NCBI GenBank assembly: GCA_963666365.2 | Contig: CAXXNF010000002.1 | Span: 224,001-288,000 of the forward strand | Length of the DNA: 64,000 nt | Direction: 5' to 3' | Source: Syntrophales bacterium | GTDB taxonomy: Bacteria; Desulfobacterota; Syntrophia; Syntrophales; UBA2210 | In this document: positions 28,951-39,771 of the stretch, piece after piece | Layout: every line of letters begins with the position of its first letter | How positions within the stretch are numbered: position 1 is the first letter of the stretch | Made by a program: the position numbers and the translations under genes | Notes under the pieces: model-generated | What the model was told of the DNA's origin: nothing | The model's input: only the letters and a program-made list of their open reading frames with translations | Database searches by the model: none

Positions 28951-30150
28951 ATGGCCATGGATGAAACTGATATCGCGATTCCCGGATTTCGAGCCAACGG
29001 AGTGGCCTGTGGTATAAAGGGAAACGGGAAAAGGGACCTGGCAGTGATTTTTTCAGAGACGCCGGCACTGGCTGCCGGAGTGTTCACCACGAACCGCTTC
29101 AAGGCTGCCCCGGTTCTGCACGATATAAAAAAGATTGAAAAAGGAACGGCGCAGGCGATCATTGCAAACAGCGGAAATGCGAATGCAGCTACAGGAAGCC
29201 AGGGTGAAGCGGACGCAACGGTCATGGCCCGGGCTGCGGCGGGTCGGCTGAATATCGATGAGCGATTTGTGCTTGTAGCCTCCACCGGCATTATAGGAAA
29301 GAAACTTCCGATCGAGAAGATAGAGACTGCCCTGCCGGCATTGGTTCAAGGGCTGGATGAACAGGGCATTGCTCGTGCGGAGGAGGCAATCATGACCACC
29401 GACCGGTTTCCCAAGATCGAATACCGAAGAGTGACGATTGCCGGCAAGGATATACGCATCTGCGGCATTGCCAAGGGCGCCGGCATGATAGAGCCGAATA
29501 TGGCCACCATGCTTGCCTTTATAATGACCGATGCCGCACTTGAGACTGCCGCAATAAAAAAAATGTTCACTGAGGCCATTACGCACAGCTTCAATGCCAT
29601 CACGGTAGACGGCTGCATGTCCACAAATGATACGGCAATACTGCTTGCCAATGGATATGCGGGAAATTCACCCATTGCCCTGTCGTCTCCTGAGTGTTCT
29701 CTGTTTAACGATGTGCTGAAGGATGTCATGATCTCGCTGGCCAAATCGATTGTCCGTGACGGAGAGGGCGCCACCAAGGTGATAGAAATAAGGGTGAGCG
29801 GCGCACGGACCGAACTGGAGGCGAAGCGCGTTGCCTATGCAATCGCACGGTCAAACCTTGTAAAGACCGCCTTTTTCGGATGTGATCCCAATTGGGGAAG
29901 AATCATATCAGCGATCGGTGTCCTGGATCTGCCGATTCCTACGGACCGTGTCGAACTTCTATTTGAGGGGGTTTCACTTTTTCGCGGGGGTATGGGAGTG
30001 CCGGGAAACGAGCGAATTATTGACGATATAATGAAAAAAGCAGATATTTCGGTAGAGGTGAAACTGGCGATGGGCGGTGCGTTCTTTCGAGTGTTTGCCT
30101 CGGATTTGTCTCACGAATATGTGGATATTAACGCACTTTATCACACATAA
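28951..30150 (+). CDS. argJ: Bifunctional ornithine acetyltransferase / N-acetylglutamate synthase
   Basis: GVFTTN, NSGNANAATG, KGAGMIEPNMATML (autocleavage Thr), DGEGATK, DPNWGRI; exact ATG among 28939-28957 uncertain. Confidence 0.96.
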   Translation: MAMDETDIAIPGFRANGVACGIKGNGKRDLAVIFSETPALAAGVFTTNRFKAAPVLHDIKKIEKGTAQAIIANSGNANAATGSQGEADATVMARAAAGRLNIDERFVLVASTGIIGKKLPIEKIETALPALVQGLDEQGIARAEEAIMTTDRFPKIEYRRVTIAGKDIRICGIAKGAGMIEPNMATMLAFIMTDAALETAAIKKMFTEAITHSFNAITVDGCMSTNDTAILLANGYAGNSPIALSSPECSLFNDVLKDVMISLAKSIVRDGEGATKVIEIRVSGARTELEAKRVAYAIARSNLVKTAFFGCDPNWGRIISAIGVLDLPIPTDRVELLFEGVSLFRGGMGVPGNERIIDDIMKKADISVEVKLAMGGAFFRVFASDLSHEYVDINALYHT

Positions 30151-30214
30151 TGAAGTAAAAGGAGCAACGGACGCCGGACAACGGCTTCATGGGACAGAAG
30201 GAAAACATAAGGGT

Positions 30215-32092
30215 ATGAGTAACGGATGGCATCAGATATACACCAGCCGTCTCAGTACGGCACGGAAGGCGTTGGGGCGTATCAAAAAAGGCGGTAGAGT
30301 GCTGATCGGTTCAGCCTGTGGCGAACCGCAGCTTCTGGTGAAGACGCTCATTGACATAGCCCCCGATATTGCCGACACAGAAATTATTCATTTTCTTGAT
30401 TTCGGCCTGGCTTCATATACGGAAGAACGATACACGGATCAGTTTCGTCACAATGCGCTCTTTATGGGAGAGCGGATACGGGAGGTGATTCGGGAAGGAA
30501 GGGCTGACTATACCCCCATATTCCTGTCGGAAATTCCGCAGTTGATCCTTTCCGGTAGAATGCATCTCGATGTGGCCCTGATTCAGGTATCGCCCCCCGA
30601 CGATCACGGATATGTAAGCTTGGGCATTTCCGTGGACATTACCAAGACCGCTGCTGAAGCGGCCGATTACGTGGTTGCGGAAGTGAATCCCCATATGCCG
30701 AGAACCCTGGGCGATACATTTCTTCACGTTAGCGACATTCATGCCTTCGTCGAGAGTACGGAGCCGCTTCTCGAATTTCAATCCCGGTCGCCCAGTGACA
30801 TTGCGCAGAAGATCGGTGAGCATATCGCCGGTATCATAGAAAACGAATCAACGATTCAGACGGGAGTGGGCCGTATTCCGAACTCAATATTTCCCTACTT
30901 GAAGGATAAAAAAAACCTTGGTTTGCATACGGAAACCTTTACTGACGGCGTTATTGATCTCATTGAAAGCGGCGTTGTGACGTGCCGCAAAAAGACACTT
31001 CACCCGAACAAAATAATCGCCAGTTTTTGCATGGGTTCAAAAGAATTATATGAGTATGTAAACGACAATCCCCTTTTTGAGTTCCACCCCTCCCATTATG
31101 TGAACAATCCCCATATTATTGCACGGAACGAAAAGATGGTATCCATAAACGCGGCCTTAACCGTCGATCTTACCGGGCAGGTCAGCTCAGATTCGCTGGG
31201 GTTCCGTTTTTACAGCGGCATCGGCGGGCAGGTTGATTTTGTCCGGGGCGCCGCCATGTCGAAACGGGGGAGGTCGATTATTACGCTTCCCTCCGCCACC
31301 GACGACGGGGAAAAATCACGCATTGTGCCCTTCCTGAGCGAGGGGAGCGGGGTGGTTGTGACGCGCGGTGATGTCCACTATGTGGTCACGGAATATGGAG
31401 TGGCCTACATTCACGGAAAGTCCATACGGGATCGGGCGTTGGCACTGATTAACATTGCCCATCCGAAATTTCGGGAGGAGTTGCTTGAATCAGCGAAGGC
31501 GCAGGGATATGTATATCGTGATCAGGTGCTGCCGGTCGCGGTATATCCCAAGGAATTGGAAACCTATTTTACCGACAAGAAAGGGACGGAGATATTTTTC
31601 AGGCCTGTAAAGCCTACCGATGAACGGGGTATTCAAGAAATGATCTACTCACTTCCCGAACAGGACGTCTATACCCGATTTTTTCATAATCTCAAATCCT
31701 TTTCACATAGAATTGCCATGCCCCTTGCCGCAATCGATTACCAGGACGAAATGGCAATTGCCGGGGTTATCGGGCGGGAGGAACCGGAAAGCAAGGAAGA
31801 AATAATTGCCGTGGGACGGTACATTAGAGATCCCATGACAAATGTTGCAGAAGTGGCCTTTACCGTGCGTGATAAGTGGCAGAACCGCGGAATCGGTACT
31901 TTTTTACTGCAGTACCTGATAAGGATTGCCAAAGAGAAGAATGTGGAAGGATTGACTGCCGATGTACTGGCGAGAAACGATGCTATGATGGCGGTGTTTC
32001 ACAATGCGGGAGAACCCCTTCAGAGCCACAGAGAATACGGCGCCTTCGAGCTTAAATTCGATTTCCGTTCGCCTTCATCAGGAACACTATGA
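30215..32092 (+). CDS. Acetyl-CoA hydrolase/4-hydroxybutyrate CoA-transferase family protein fused to a C-terminal GNAT domain
   Basis: ADYTPIFLSE, QTGVG, HTETF (catalytic Glu), SGIGGQVDFVRGA, VVTEYG; then YTRFF, AEVAFTV, WQNRGIGT GNAT motif A. Confidence 0.88.
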   Translation: MSNGWHQIYTSRLSTARKALGRIKKGGRVLIGSACGEPQLLVKTLIDIAPDIADTEIIHFLDFGLASYTEERYTDQFRHNALFMGERIREVIREGRADYTPIFLSEIPQLILSGRMHLDVALIQVSPPDDHGYVSLGISVDITKTAAEAADYVVAEVNPHMPRTLGDTFLHVSDIHAFVESTEPLLEFQSRSPSDIAQKIGEHIAGIIENESTIQTGVGRIPNSIFPYLKDKKNLGLHTETFTDGVIDLIESGVVTCRKKTLHPNKIIASFCMGSKELYEYVNDNPLFEFHPSHYVNNPHIIARNEKMVSINAALTVDLTGQVSSDSLGFRFYSGIGGQVDFVRGAAMSKRGRSIITLPSATDDGEKSRIVPFLSEGSGVVVTRGDVHYVVTEYGVAYIHGKSIRDRALALINIAHPKFREELLESAKAQGYVYRDQVLPVAVYPKELETYFTDKKGTEIFFRPVKPTDERGIQEMIYSLPEQDVYTRFFHNLKSFSHRIAMPLAAIDYQDEMAIAGVIGREEPESKEEIIAVGRYIRDPMTNVAEVAFTVRDKWQNRGIGTFLLQYLIRIAKEKNVEGLTADVLARNDAMMAVFHNAGEPLQSHREYGAFELKFDFRSPSSGTL

Positions 32093-32212
32093 TGGAGAGA
32101 AGGGCAGCGGGGTGCGCCCTTCAGGGGGGGCGGTCCTGTCACAATGCGCTCAGGTCATTGCCTATTTACGGTACGCTCAACTTCATGATGCTTCATGGGG
32201 CGCCCTCCCTTT

Positions 32213-33538
32213 CTAAGACAATGGTTCCTGTGTGCCGCAGCTGCCTGACGTTTCCTGTGTTGTTGATTTTTCTGTCTTCTCTGGTGCTCCGGTAAACCAG
32301 AAAAAGATAATGGCGATCACGATGGCAGCAATAGAAATTCCAAACGAAACATGATAGCTCGCCGTTAAGTCGAATATCTTGCCGCTCAACCATACCCCTG
32401 CTGCACCTCCAATGCCTCCTCCCAGCGAAAGGATCCCCATTATCTTTCCAAAATTGGGTCCCAGAAAGAGGTCGGCCGATCGGGCGGGGAAAAGGGGCGC
32501 AATCGATCCGTACCCCAAACCGAACAGTATCGCATAGCCGAAAAGGAGCCATCCTGTTGAGGGGGTGAGTATCATCAGACTCACCACGCCCAGGGCGGCG
32601 CATCCCATTCCCATAGTAAAGGCCTTCTCCCTTCCGATAATATCCGAAAGATAGCCGAAAAGGATCTTTCCCACCGATCCTATAATGCCGGCAAGTCCGA
32701 AGAAAAAGGCGCCTTGAACCGGCGTGAATCCCCTGTCGATTACGCTGGCCACTTGATGGATCAATGTCCCCTGTACCGCCAGGGGGGTAAAAATAAATGT
32801 TGCGCAGAGAAGCCAGAACTGCTTTGTGCGCAGGGTCTCAAGAATCGTCGCGGCAATCGGTGTATGCAGAATGATCGCCTCCCTTTCCCCTGTCTCTGTC
32901 TCGGAGTTCCTGTTTCCTCCTGAATGCGGTGTCAATCCATCGGGAATTTCACCGATTGCTGAGGGATTTTTCCGCTGCAGCAGGGCGTTAAGGGGGAAAA
33001 TTGTGACGAGAATAAGTGCAGCAAGGAGGCAATAGGCAGTTCTCCAGCCATAATGATCGATTCCATACTGGGCGGCCGGGACGATGACCTGCATTCCGAT
33101 GCCCACGCCCGCCATTGCAATGCCGATGGCGAGACCCCGTTTACGGGCGAACCACTTGGGAAGCACGATGCTATGGGCAATAAAGCCAACCGCGCAGACC
33201 CCAATCGGCGTCACTACGCCGTACCACAGGTAGAATTCCAGGAGTGAGTGAATCCGGCTTGCGGCGTATAATCCCAGTGCGACAACAAGACTGCCGGCAG
33301 GAATTACCAGTCGGGCGCCGAATTTATCCAGAAGACCGCCGACCATAACCGCTGAGGCGGAGTGTACCAGCATAAAACATGAAAACACGCCCGCCGTGGA
33401 CGCGCGGCTCCAGCCGAATTCGTTGAGAACGGCCACAAAAAACACGGAAAATGAATACCAAATTCCAAAAATAATGGCGAGATTGATAAACGATACCCCT
33501 ACAATGATCCAGCCGTAGAAAAACCTTCGTTGCTTCAT
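32213..33538 (-). CDS. MFS transporter (MCT/OFA-like)
   Basis: FFYGWIIV, FGWSR, WFARKRGLAIGIA, GYLSDIIGR; about 12 TM segments. Confidence 0.9.
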   Translation of the reverse strand: MKQRRFFYGWIIVGVSFINLAIIFGIWYSFSVFFVAVLNEFGWSRASTAGVFSCFMLVHSASAVMVGGLLDKFGARLVIPAGSLVVALGLYAASRIHSLLEFYLWYGVVTPIGVCAVGFIAHSIVLPKWFARKRGLAIGIAMAGVGIGMQVIVPAAQYGIDHYGWRTAYCLLAALILVTIFPLNALLQRKNPSAIGEIPDGLTPHSGGNRNSETETGEREAIILHTPIAATILETLRTKQFWLLCATFIFTPLAVQGTLIHQVASVIDRGFTPVQGAFFFGLAGIIGSVGKILFGYLSDIIGREKAFTMGMGCAALGVVSLMILTPSTGWLLFGYAILFGLGYGSIAPLFPARSADLFLGPNFGKIMGILSLGGGIGGAAGVWLSGKIFDLTASYHVSFGISIAAIVIAIIFFWFTGAPEKTEKSTTQETSGSCGTQEPLS

Positions 33539-33727
33539 GCACCTTCTCTGTGATGCCAAATTTACGTGAGGGCCGAAAACGTATTGCCTGCTAACATCTG
33601 ACAAAAGGGGGGTGCAAGTCAAGAGGGAAAAGGGATGAGTTGTGAAATTTGAGGCCCCGTGTAAATTGATGTCCAAAAAATTGTATGTTACATGTATCGG
33701 TAAGCTGCGCGTAATGGGGACGAATGT

Positions 33728-34654
33728 ATGAAAGGCGAACCGTCATATAAGAAGCTGTACAGGGAAGGGCAGTTGGAAAGGATAGTGGAAGAGGCCCGTG
33801 CGCGTATGCGGTTCTGCACACTCTGCCCCCATCAATGCCGTGTTGACCGGATAGCCGGTGAAGTTGGTGTCTGCGGGGTCGGAAGAAAGGCCATAGTGGC
33901 GGGCTATAATGCCCATTACGGAGAGGAGCGTCCCCTGGTGGGACAGTGTGGGTCAGGCACTATTTTCTTCAGCTCCTGCAATCTGTTCTGCTCGTTTTGT
34001 CAGAATTACGATATCAGCCATTACAAGGCGGGCGTGGAGGTCGAACCTGCAGAGCTGGCAACCATGATGACGGCGTTGGCTGAAAAAGGCTGCCATAATA
34101 TTAATTTCGTTACCCCGAGTCATGTAGTGCCGCAGATTCTGGAGGGGATCCTGATTGCTGCGGAGAGAGGTTTGTCTGTTCCTCTCGTATATAACACGGG
34201 CGGGTATGACAGTAGTGATACTCTGGCAATGGTCAGTGGAGTCTTTGATATCTATATGCCCGACTTCAAGTTCTGGGATAATAAGTGGGCGCAGCACTTT
34301 TGCCGTGTTTCAGATTATCGTGAACGAGTCATCGCGGCCATTACAGAGATGCATCGCCAGGTTGGCAACCTCGCGTTGGATGATTCAGGGATTGCATTTC
34401 GCGGTCTTCTCATACGGCATCTCGTCATGCCGGGCGGCGTTGCCGGCACGGCGGATGTGATGAAGTTTCTCTCTGAAAAGATATCCCCTGCTACCTACGT
34501 AAATATAATGGATCAATACAGGCCGTGTTTTAAAGCGGAACGTGACAGATATATACATCGCAGGATACGCCCAGAGGAGTACCGTGAGGCCCTCGATGCC
34601 GCCCTGTCTGCGGGCCTCAGACGCCTCGATTCATTATCTGTTCTTTTATACTGA
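33728..34654 (+). CDS. Radical SAM protein, PflX-like
   Basis: CTLCPHQC, HYGEE, GSGTIFFSSCNLFCSFCQN, DIYMPDFKF, RHLVMPG. Confidence 0.9.
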   Translation: MKGEPSYKKLYREGQLERIVEEARARMRFCTLCPHQCRVDRIAGEVGVCGVGRKAIVAGYNAHYGEERPLVGQCGSGTIFFSSCNLFCSFCQNYDISHYKAGVEVEPAELATMMTALAEKGCHNINFVTPSHVVPQILEGILIAAERGLSVPLVYNTGGYDSSDTLAMVSGVFDIYMPDFKFWDNKWAQHFCRVSDYRERVIAAITEMHRQVGNLALDDSGIAFRGLLIRHLVMPGGVAGTADVMKFLSEKISPATYVNIMDQYRPCFKAERDRYIHRRIRPEEYREALDAALSAGLRRLDSLSVLLY

Positions 34655-34692
34655 CGATTGATAATCTGTCCGTGGGTGTCTCTTCGCCTGCC

Positions 34693-35145
34693 CTATGATT
34701 TCTGCGTGCTTATCAACTCACCGTACTTTTGGGTGATGGTATAAATGCCGTGGTCGAAAATCCTTATGGTGGTGTTGATTGCCCCTACCTTTTGTTTGAT
34801 GTCGAGGCCTGCTAAAAAAGGTGTCTGGAAATCTGCATAGAGCCATAAATGTCTTCGTATCATGATAAGCACGTAGACTGCTTCACTGAGAGGGATCCCT
34901 TCCCGGAATCTGTCTTCAGCGAATTTTGTAAAAAAAATCGCCGATTCTTCATAGGGTTTTTCACTGAAATAAATTGATCGAAGGTTCTTGTAAAAATCTC
35001 TGGCCTGCTGTTTGCACTCCTCTACAGGTACCGAATGGTAGGAGGGAGTCCGTGGGTTTGAAGTGACTGCCCTGGCCCACTGTTCTGCAATGGCGTCCGC
35101 ATTGTGTCGTGTGATATTAATCAACTTGTCGGCGAAGACTTCCAT
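34693..35145 (-). CDS. Hypothetical helical protein (RsbRD_N / histidine-kinase-N-terminal-like)
   Basis: 150-aa ORF with GGAGG RBS; ADAIAEQW and RFREGIPLSEAV pattern. Confidence 0.6.
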   Translation of the reverse strand: MEVFADKLINITRHNADAIAEQWARAVTSNPRTPSYHSVPVEECKQQARDFYKNLRSIYFSEKPYEESAIFFTKFAEDRFREGIPLSEAVYVLIMIRRHLWLYADFQTPFLAGLDIKQKVGAINTTIRIFDHGIYTITQKYGELISTQKS

Positions 35146-35488
35146 TGTGACCTCCTTGTATGCGAAGGAAATATGGCTAATCCTACACCGCTCGTGATGG
35201 ATAAATCAAGATAAAAAAAGAGACCTTATGGAGGTACGCCCATGTGCGTCAGGAAACAAAAAAACAAAACGCCCTGTGATGCTGCAAAAGTATCGCTTGA
35301 CAGATGGTTCTTTCATATTCACTATAGCCAAGGGATGGCGGTCCGATTCTTCGATGGGGCAGTTGATGTAACGTATAGAGAGACTTTAGCGTTCCTGAAT
35401 CGAAGACGATGTGCCAGGTCCGGGCGGACAGGATGGATTTCGTGACGGTACCGATTATCTGTGTGGTGAAAATGTAAAAGGAGAATGG

Positions 35489-36292
35489 ATGATGGACTTG
35501 AAAATTCAGAATAAGATCGCGCTGGTTACCGGGGCGGGAAAAGGAATAGGCCGGGCGATTGCACTGCGCCTCGCAGAAGAGGGCGCGACGGTTGCCGTGG
35601 CGGATCTGAACGGCGATGACGCAAAGCAGGTTGCCGAGGAAATAATCGGAAAGAGCGGCGCCGCCATGGCAATTCAGGCCGATGCCACAAGTGAATCGGA
35701 AACGGACCGGATGGTGCGGGATATAGTCGAGGCCTATGGGACGATTGATATTCTTGTGAATAACGTGGGCGGTGGGGGAAAATCGGCGCTGGTGGTTAAG
35801 TTTCCCGTGGAGGACTGGGACAGAACCATAGAAGTGACACTGAAAAGCACCTTTCTTGTTTCCCGTGCGGCGGCGAAAGTGATGATCGAGAAGAGGCAGG
35901 GAAGGATCATCAATATTTCATCGATATCGGGAAAGCTGGGTGAATCGCTTATCGGGGCATACTGTGCCGCAAAGTTCGGTGTTCAGGGTCTCACGCAGGT
36001 AATGGCCAAGGAGCTGGGACGCTATTCAATTACCGTCAACGCAGTCTGTCCGGGCTATGTCTGGACGCCGGGCTGGCAGGAACTCGCACAGTGGCTTAAA
36101 GACAATTTTTCAACCATGGCGGATAAGACCCTTGAGCAGATATTTGAAGACCGGGTGAAACCTCTGACCGTACTGGGTCGTCCACAGACCGCTGAGGATA
36201 TCGCGAGCATGGTCGCCTACCTGGCGTCGGAAGAAGCCAGGAATATTACGGGGCAGGCTATTAGTGTAGATGGTGGCGCTGTTATGCAGTGA
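35489..36292 (+). CDS. Short-chain dehydrogenase/reductase (NAD-preferring)
   Basis: TGAGKGIG, acidic VAD, LVNNVG, NISS, YCAAK, ITGQAISVDGG. Confidence 0.93.
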   Translation: MMDLKIQNKIALVTGAGKGIGRAIALRLAEEGATVAVADLNGDDAKQVAEEIIGKSGAAMAIQADATSESETDRMVRDIVEAYGTIDILVNNVGGGGKSALVVKFPVEDWDRTIEVTLKSTFLVSRAAAKVMIEKRQGRIINISSISGKLGESLIGAYCAAKFGVQGLTQVMAKELGRYSITVNAVCPGYVWTPGWQELAQWLKDNFSTMADKTLEQIFEDRVKPLTVLGRPQTAEDIASMVAYLASEEARNITGQAISVDGGAVMQ

Positions 36293-36342
36293 TAGTGAGG
36301 AGCACGGTCTTCGCTGCCGTGAATCCATGTGTGCCGAGTCTT

Positions 36343-37161
36343 CTATTCTTCGGGATCGGGATAGTGCGGGTCTTCCTTGGCAAAGAATGCAGTAATTCCC
36401 CAAAGGCACTCTCCCGATGCGATAAGTGAGACGGCATGATCCGTTTCTATTTCAAGGGCTTCGTGAAGAGGAAGATCGAAGCTGCGTCTGATCATGTCAA
36501 GGGAGTGGCGGACGGCCCGTGGACCGTTTGCGGCAATGACGCCAGCCAGTTTTTCAGCCTCTTCGAGCGCAGCTCCCGGCGCACTGATGCGATTGACGAG
36601 GCCGATTCTCAAGGCTTCATCGGCGGTGACCTTTTTTCCCGTAAGTATCAGTTCCGTGGCCGATGCAAGACCTGTAAGCCGTGTGAGTGCCGCGCCTCCT
36701 CCCCAATCGGGCATCAGGCCGAGCCGCACCTCCGAAAAGCAGAAGACCGCCGCAGGGTCAATTATCCGCAGGTCGCAACGGCAGGCAAGTTCCGCACCTC
36801 CCCCGTAGGCATCTCCGTTTACGGCGGCGATCAAGGGAACCGGCAATGATGTCAGGTCATCCACGATGCCTCTGATTCGTCGTATAAGCCTTTCGATAGG
36901 GCCGGGGTCATGATGCTGTACGGGTTCGATCATCTGTGCCACCTGGGGGTTGTCGGGATTCACATCAAAGCCGGCGCAGAATGCCCCGGTCCCAGCTCCC
37001 GTGATGATCACAGCACGAGGGAGCGCCGCTTTCAGATCGCTGATTACCTTTGAAAGGGAGTTCCACATGGCTTCGTTGAAGGCATTGCGTCGCTCCGGTC
37101 GATTAAGAGTGATTACGGCAATGGAGCCGGTTCGTTGCAGGGTGATAATGGAATGGGCCAT
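36343..37161 (-). CDS. Enoyl-CoA hydratase/isomerase family protein
   Basis: LNRPERRNA, FCAGFD, GGGAELACRCD, FSEVRLGL (both catalytic Glu retained). Confidence 0.92.
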   Translation of the reverse strand: MAHSIITLQRTGSIAVITLNRPERRNAFNEAMWNSLSKVISDLKAALPRAVIITGAGTGAFCAGFDVNPDNPQVAQMIEPVQHHDPGPIERLIRRIRGIVDDLTSLPVPLIAAVNGDAYGGGAELACRCDLRIIDPAAVFCFSEVRLGLMPDWGGGAALTRLTGLASATELILTGKKVTADEALRIGLVNRISAPGAALEEAEKLAGVIAANGPRAVRHSLDMIRRSFDLPLHEALEIETDHAVSLIASGECLWGITAFFAKEDPHYPDPEE

Positions 37162-37231
37162 TTCGCTGTCCTTTCTATGAATAGTAGTTTGCCAATCTTC
37201 ATTCTGCCTTATTCGAAGGATCAGCGGCAGG

Positions 37232-37831
37232 TTACCTGTTGTCTGCACTGATGCCCCTGATGAAAATGGACTGAAATGTTCTGATGAATTGCCTTCCATC
37301 CAGATTGTCGCGGTTAAGTATCCATTGATGCAGAGTGCCATCGGCGATGGCGATAAATGTAAGTGCCGCGAGGTCCGGATCCGTATCGCTGCGAATCAAT
37401 CCCTGAGAAATCCCGCTTTGTATCAGGCCGGCGATAAACTTTCGGTACCTTCCATAGGTGCGTTTCAGTACCGGTTGAAAGTCGGCATCCGCGTTGAGCT
37501 CCGTGGTTAAAAAAGTGAGAAACACGGACAGTTCCATATTGTTATTGCCAAAGGAAGTATAAAATTTGATGACCCTCTTCAGCTTTTCGATGGCGTTGCC
37601 GTCGCAGGCCTCGACGGTGCGGATCAATTCTTCGAGAAAGAGGGTTTCATATTCCCTGACGATGCGAAAGATTAATTCACCCTTGTTTTTGAAATGTGCA
37701 TAGAGCGCCCCCTTCGAGAGATTTACTCTGCGCGTAATGTCGTCGATCGAGGTGCCGTGATAGCCCTTTCTGACGAACAACTCAAGTGAGGCCTGAAGGA
37801 TCATCCGTTCCGTCGCTTCACTTTTTTTCAT
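37232..37831 (-). CDS. TetR/AcrR family transcriptional regulator
   Basis: LFVRKGYHGTSIDDIT...LSKGALYAHFKNK helix-turn-helix. Confidence 0.93.
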   Translation of the reverse strand: MKKSEATERMILQASLELFVRKGYHGTSIDDITRRVNLSKGALYAHFKNKGELIFRIVREYETLFLEELIRTVEACDGNAIEKLKRVIKFYTSFGNNNMELSVFLTFLTTELNADADFQPVLKRTYGRYRKFIAGLIQSGISQGLIRSDTDPDLAALTFIAIADGTLHQWILNRDNLDGRQFIRTFQSIFIRGISADNR

Positions 37832-38237
37832 TTTTCTCCTGTCTGTTCCCTTTTTTATCTCTTCACCCGATGGATGTTCTCGTCAGCATGCGTTGGCTGG
37901 AGTATAACGTAATCCCCTTAAAAATAAACGAACGTTCTGTAAAATGTTTTTCTTATATTTCAAATTACAGATTATAAATCAAGTAATAATATCTCTATGC
38001 AAAAATTGTGAGATGGCAGTAATACTAAACGACCGGTATTTAAATCTTGACATTGGCGGGGAGATTTTGGTAGTGCATGTGCGGTTTAGTCCCTCTTTTT
38101 TATTGTACTGATAGTAAGATGCAGGAGAGAACAGAATGATGGCGTTGAAAAAATAGCAGGGTCTTTCAAGAAAGTGTTTGACAGGAGATATATAAAACAG
38201 AAGAATGGACAGGATTTTGTCCTCAGGAGGATTCACC

Positions 38238-39734
38238 ATGACTTGCGTAGCGGAAGAACTTACGCCCAATGAACGCTTTGAGAGAATATTCAACCCCCGA
38301 CATCTCGCGATTGTAGGGGTTTCAGCAAGAGGGTCCGGATTTGCGAGCGGAATCATGATATCACTTCAGGCCATAGGGTACGAAGGGACCATGTATCCGG
38401 TAAATCCCCGGGGCGGCACGTTTTTGGGCATGGATATCTATAAAACCATTGAAGATATTCCTCACGAGATCGATTTTGCCATTATCGCCGTTCCCGCAGG
38501 AGAAGTTGCCGGCACCCTGGAGGCATGTATGAAGAAGGGGGCTGCCGGCGCCGAGATCCTCTCTGCCGGCTTCAGCGAGCTTGGGACGGAAGAGGGGATA
38601 AAACTGGAGGAAGAGATTCAGGCGATTGCAGTTCGGGGAATACGCGTAATCGGTCCCAACTGCTTTGGTGTGTACTGCCCCCAAAGTGGGCTCACTCTTC
38701 TGCCGGGGCCGGATCTTTCCCGCGAGAGCGGTCCCGTTGCATTTCTTTCGCAAAGCGGCGGCATGTCTATTGATTACGCACACATGGGGAAATGGATGGG
38801 GGTGAAGTTCAGCAAGGTGATCAGTTTCGGCAACGGCGCCGATCTTCGGGAAACGGAGCTTCTTCGCTATTTGCAAAACGATCCGGAAACGGGCGTCATT
38901 TCCATGTATACAGAAGGGATAACGGATGGGAGCGCCTTTTTTAGAACACTTGCCGACGTGACGCGCGAAAAGCCCGTGATCATCTTCAAGGGAGGGCTTT
39001 CAGAAGCCGGGGGTAGAGCCGTGGCCAGCCACACGGCGTCAATGGGGGGCAACCGGGTTATCTGGGAGTCGTTGCTGTATCAGTGTAATGCAATACAGGT
39101 ACGAAGTCTTCCCGAGATGGCACAGGCCGGCCTTGCATTTTCGATGATTCCCGAGAAGAACTACAAGAATATAGCGGTTATGGGAGGTGGGGGCGCACTC
39201 GGCATTGCTGCCTGCGATGTGGCCGAAAGGATGCACATCGGGATTCCTCCCCTCAGGGCGGATATCTCCGAATCCATTCTTGAGCTGCTTCCCAAACCGG
39301 GATCAAGTGCAAAAAATCCAATCGATGTGGCCAATCCTCATGTGGCGCCGCAGATACTCAAGGAGGTGCTTCTGAGAGCCGCGAAGGATGAGAACATAGA
39401 TTTACAGATAATGATTCAGCTTTTTTATCATTACAAGGTATTGGCGCGCGCAATGGGTGTTTCAGTCAAGGAAGTCACGCCCTATCTGGAATTGGCCGAT
39501 GCCGTCGGCGACGTGGTTAAAAGGACGGGCAAGCCGGTAATTCTCGTTATGCCCAACATCAAGCAGGGAGCGGATTCAATGGACATCGAAGAAATGCGGC
39601 GTGATGCACGGCGCGCGTTCCTGGAAAAGGGAGTGCCGGTTTTTGACGAGCTTGAAGATGCCCTTCGTGCAGTCACCCATGTGTCGCGCTACCACGAACG
39701 GAAGAACGCGCTGGCTGACGCAAAAGCGCAATAA
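38238..39734 (+). CDS. ADP-forming acyl-CoA synthetase alpha subunit (CoA-binding protein)
   Basis: FNPRHLAIVG, SAGFSE, IGPNCFG, SQSGG, SHTASMGG, NPID; AGGAGG RBS. Confidence 0.88.
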   Translation: MTCVAEELTPNERFERIFNPRHLAIVGVSARGSGFASGIMISLQAIGYEGTMYPVNPRGGTFLGMDIYKTIEDIPHEIDFAIIAVPAGEVAGTLEACMKKGAAGAEILSAGFSELGTEEGIKLEEEIQAIAVRGIRVIGPNCFGVYCPQSGLTLLPGPDLSRESGPVAFLSQSGGMSIDYAHMGKWMGVKFSKVISFGNGADLRETELLRYLQNDPETGVISMYTEGITDGSAFFRTLADVTREKPVIIFKGGLSEAGGRAVASHTASMGGNRVIWESLLYQCNAIQVRSLPEMAQAGLAFSMIPEKNYKNIAVMGGGGALGIAACDVAERMHIGIPPLRADISESILELLPKPGSSAKNPIDVANPHVAPQILKEVLLRAAKDENIDLQIMIQLFYHYKVLARAMGVSVKEVTPYLELADAVGDVVKRTGKPVILVMPNIKQGADSMDIEEMRRDARRAFLEKGVPVFDELEDALRAVTHVSRYHERKNALADAKAQ

Positions 39735-39771
39735 CCCTGTTGGATAGAGGCAAGAACGGCTCTTTTATTCA

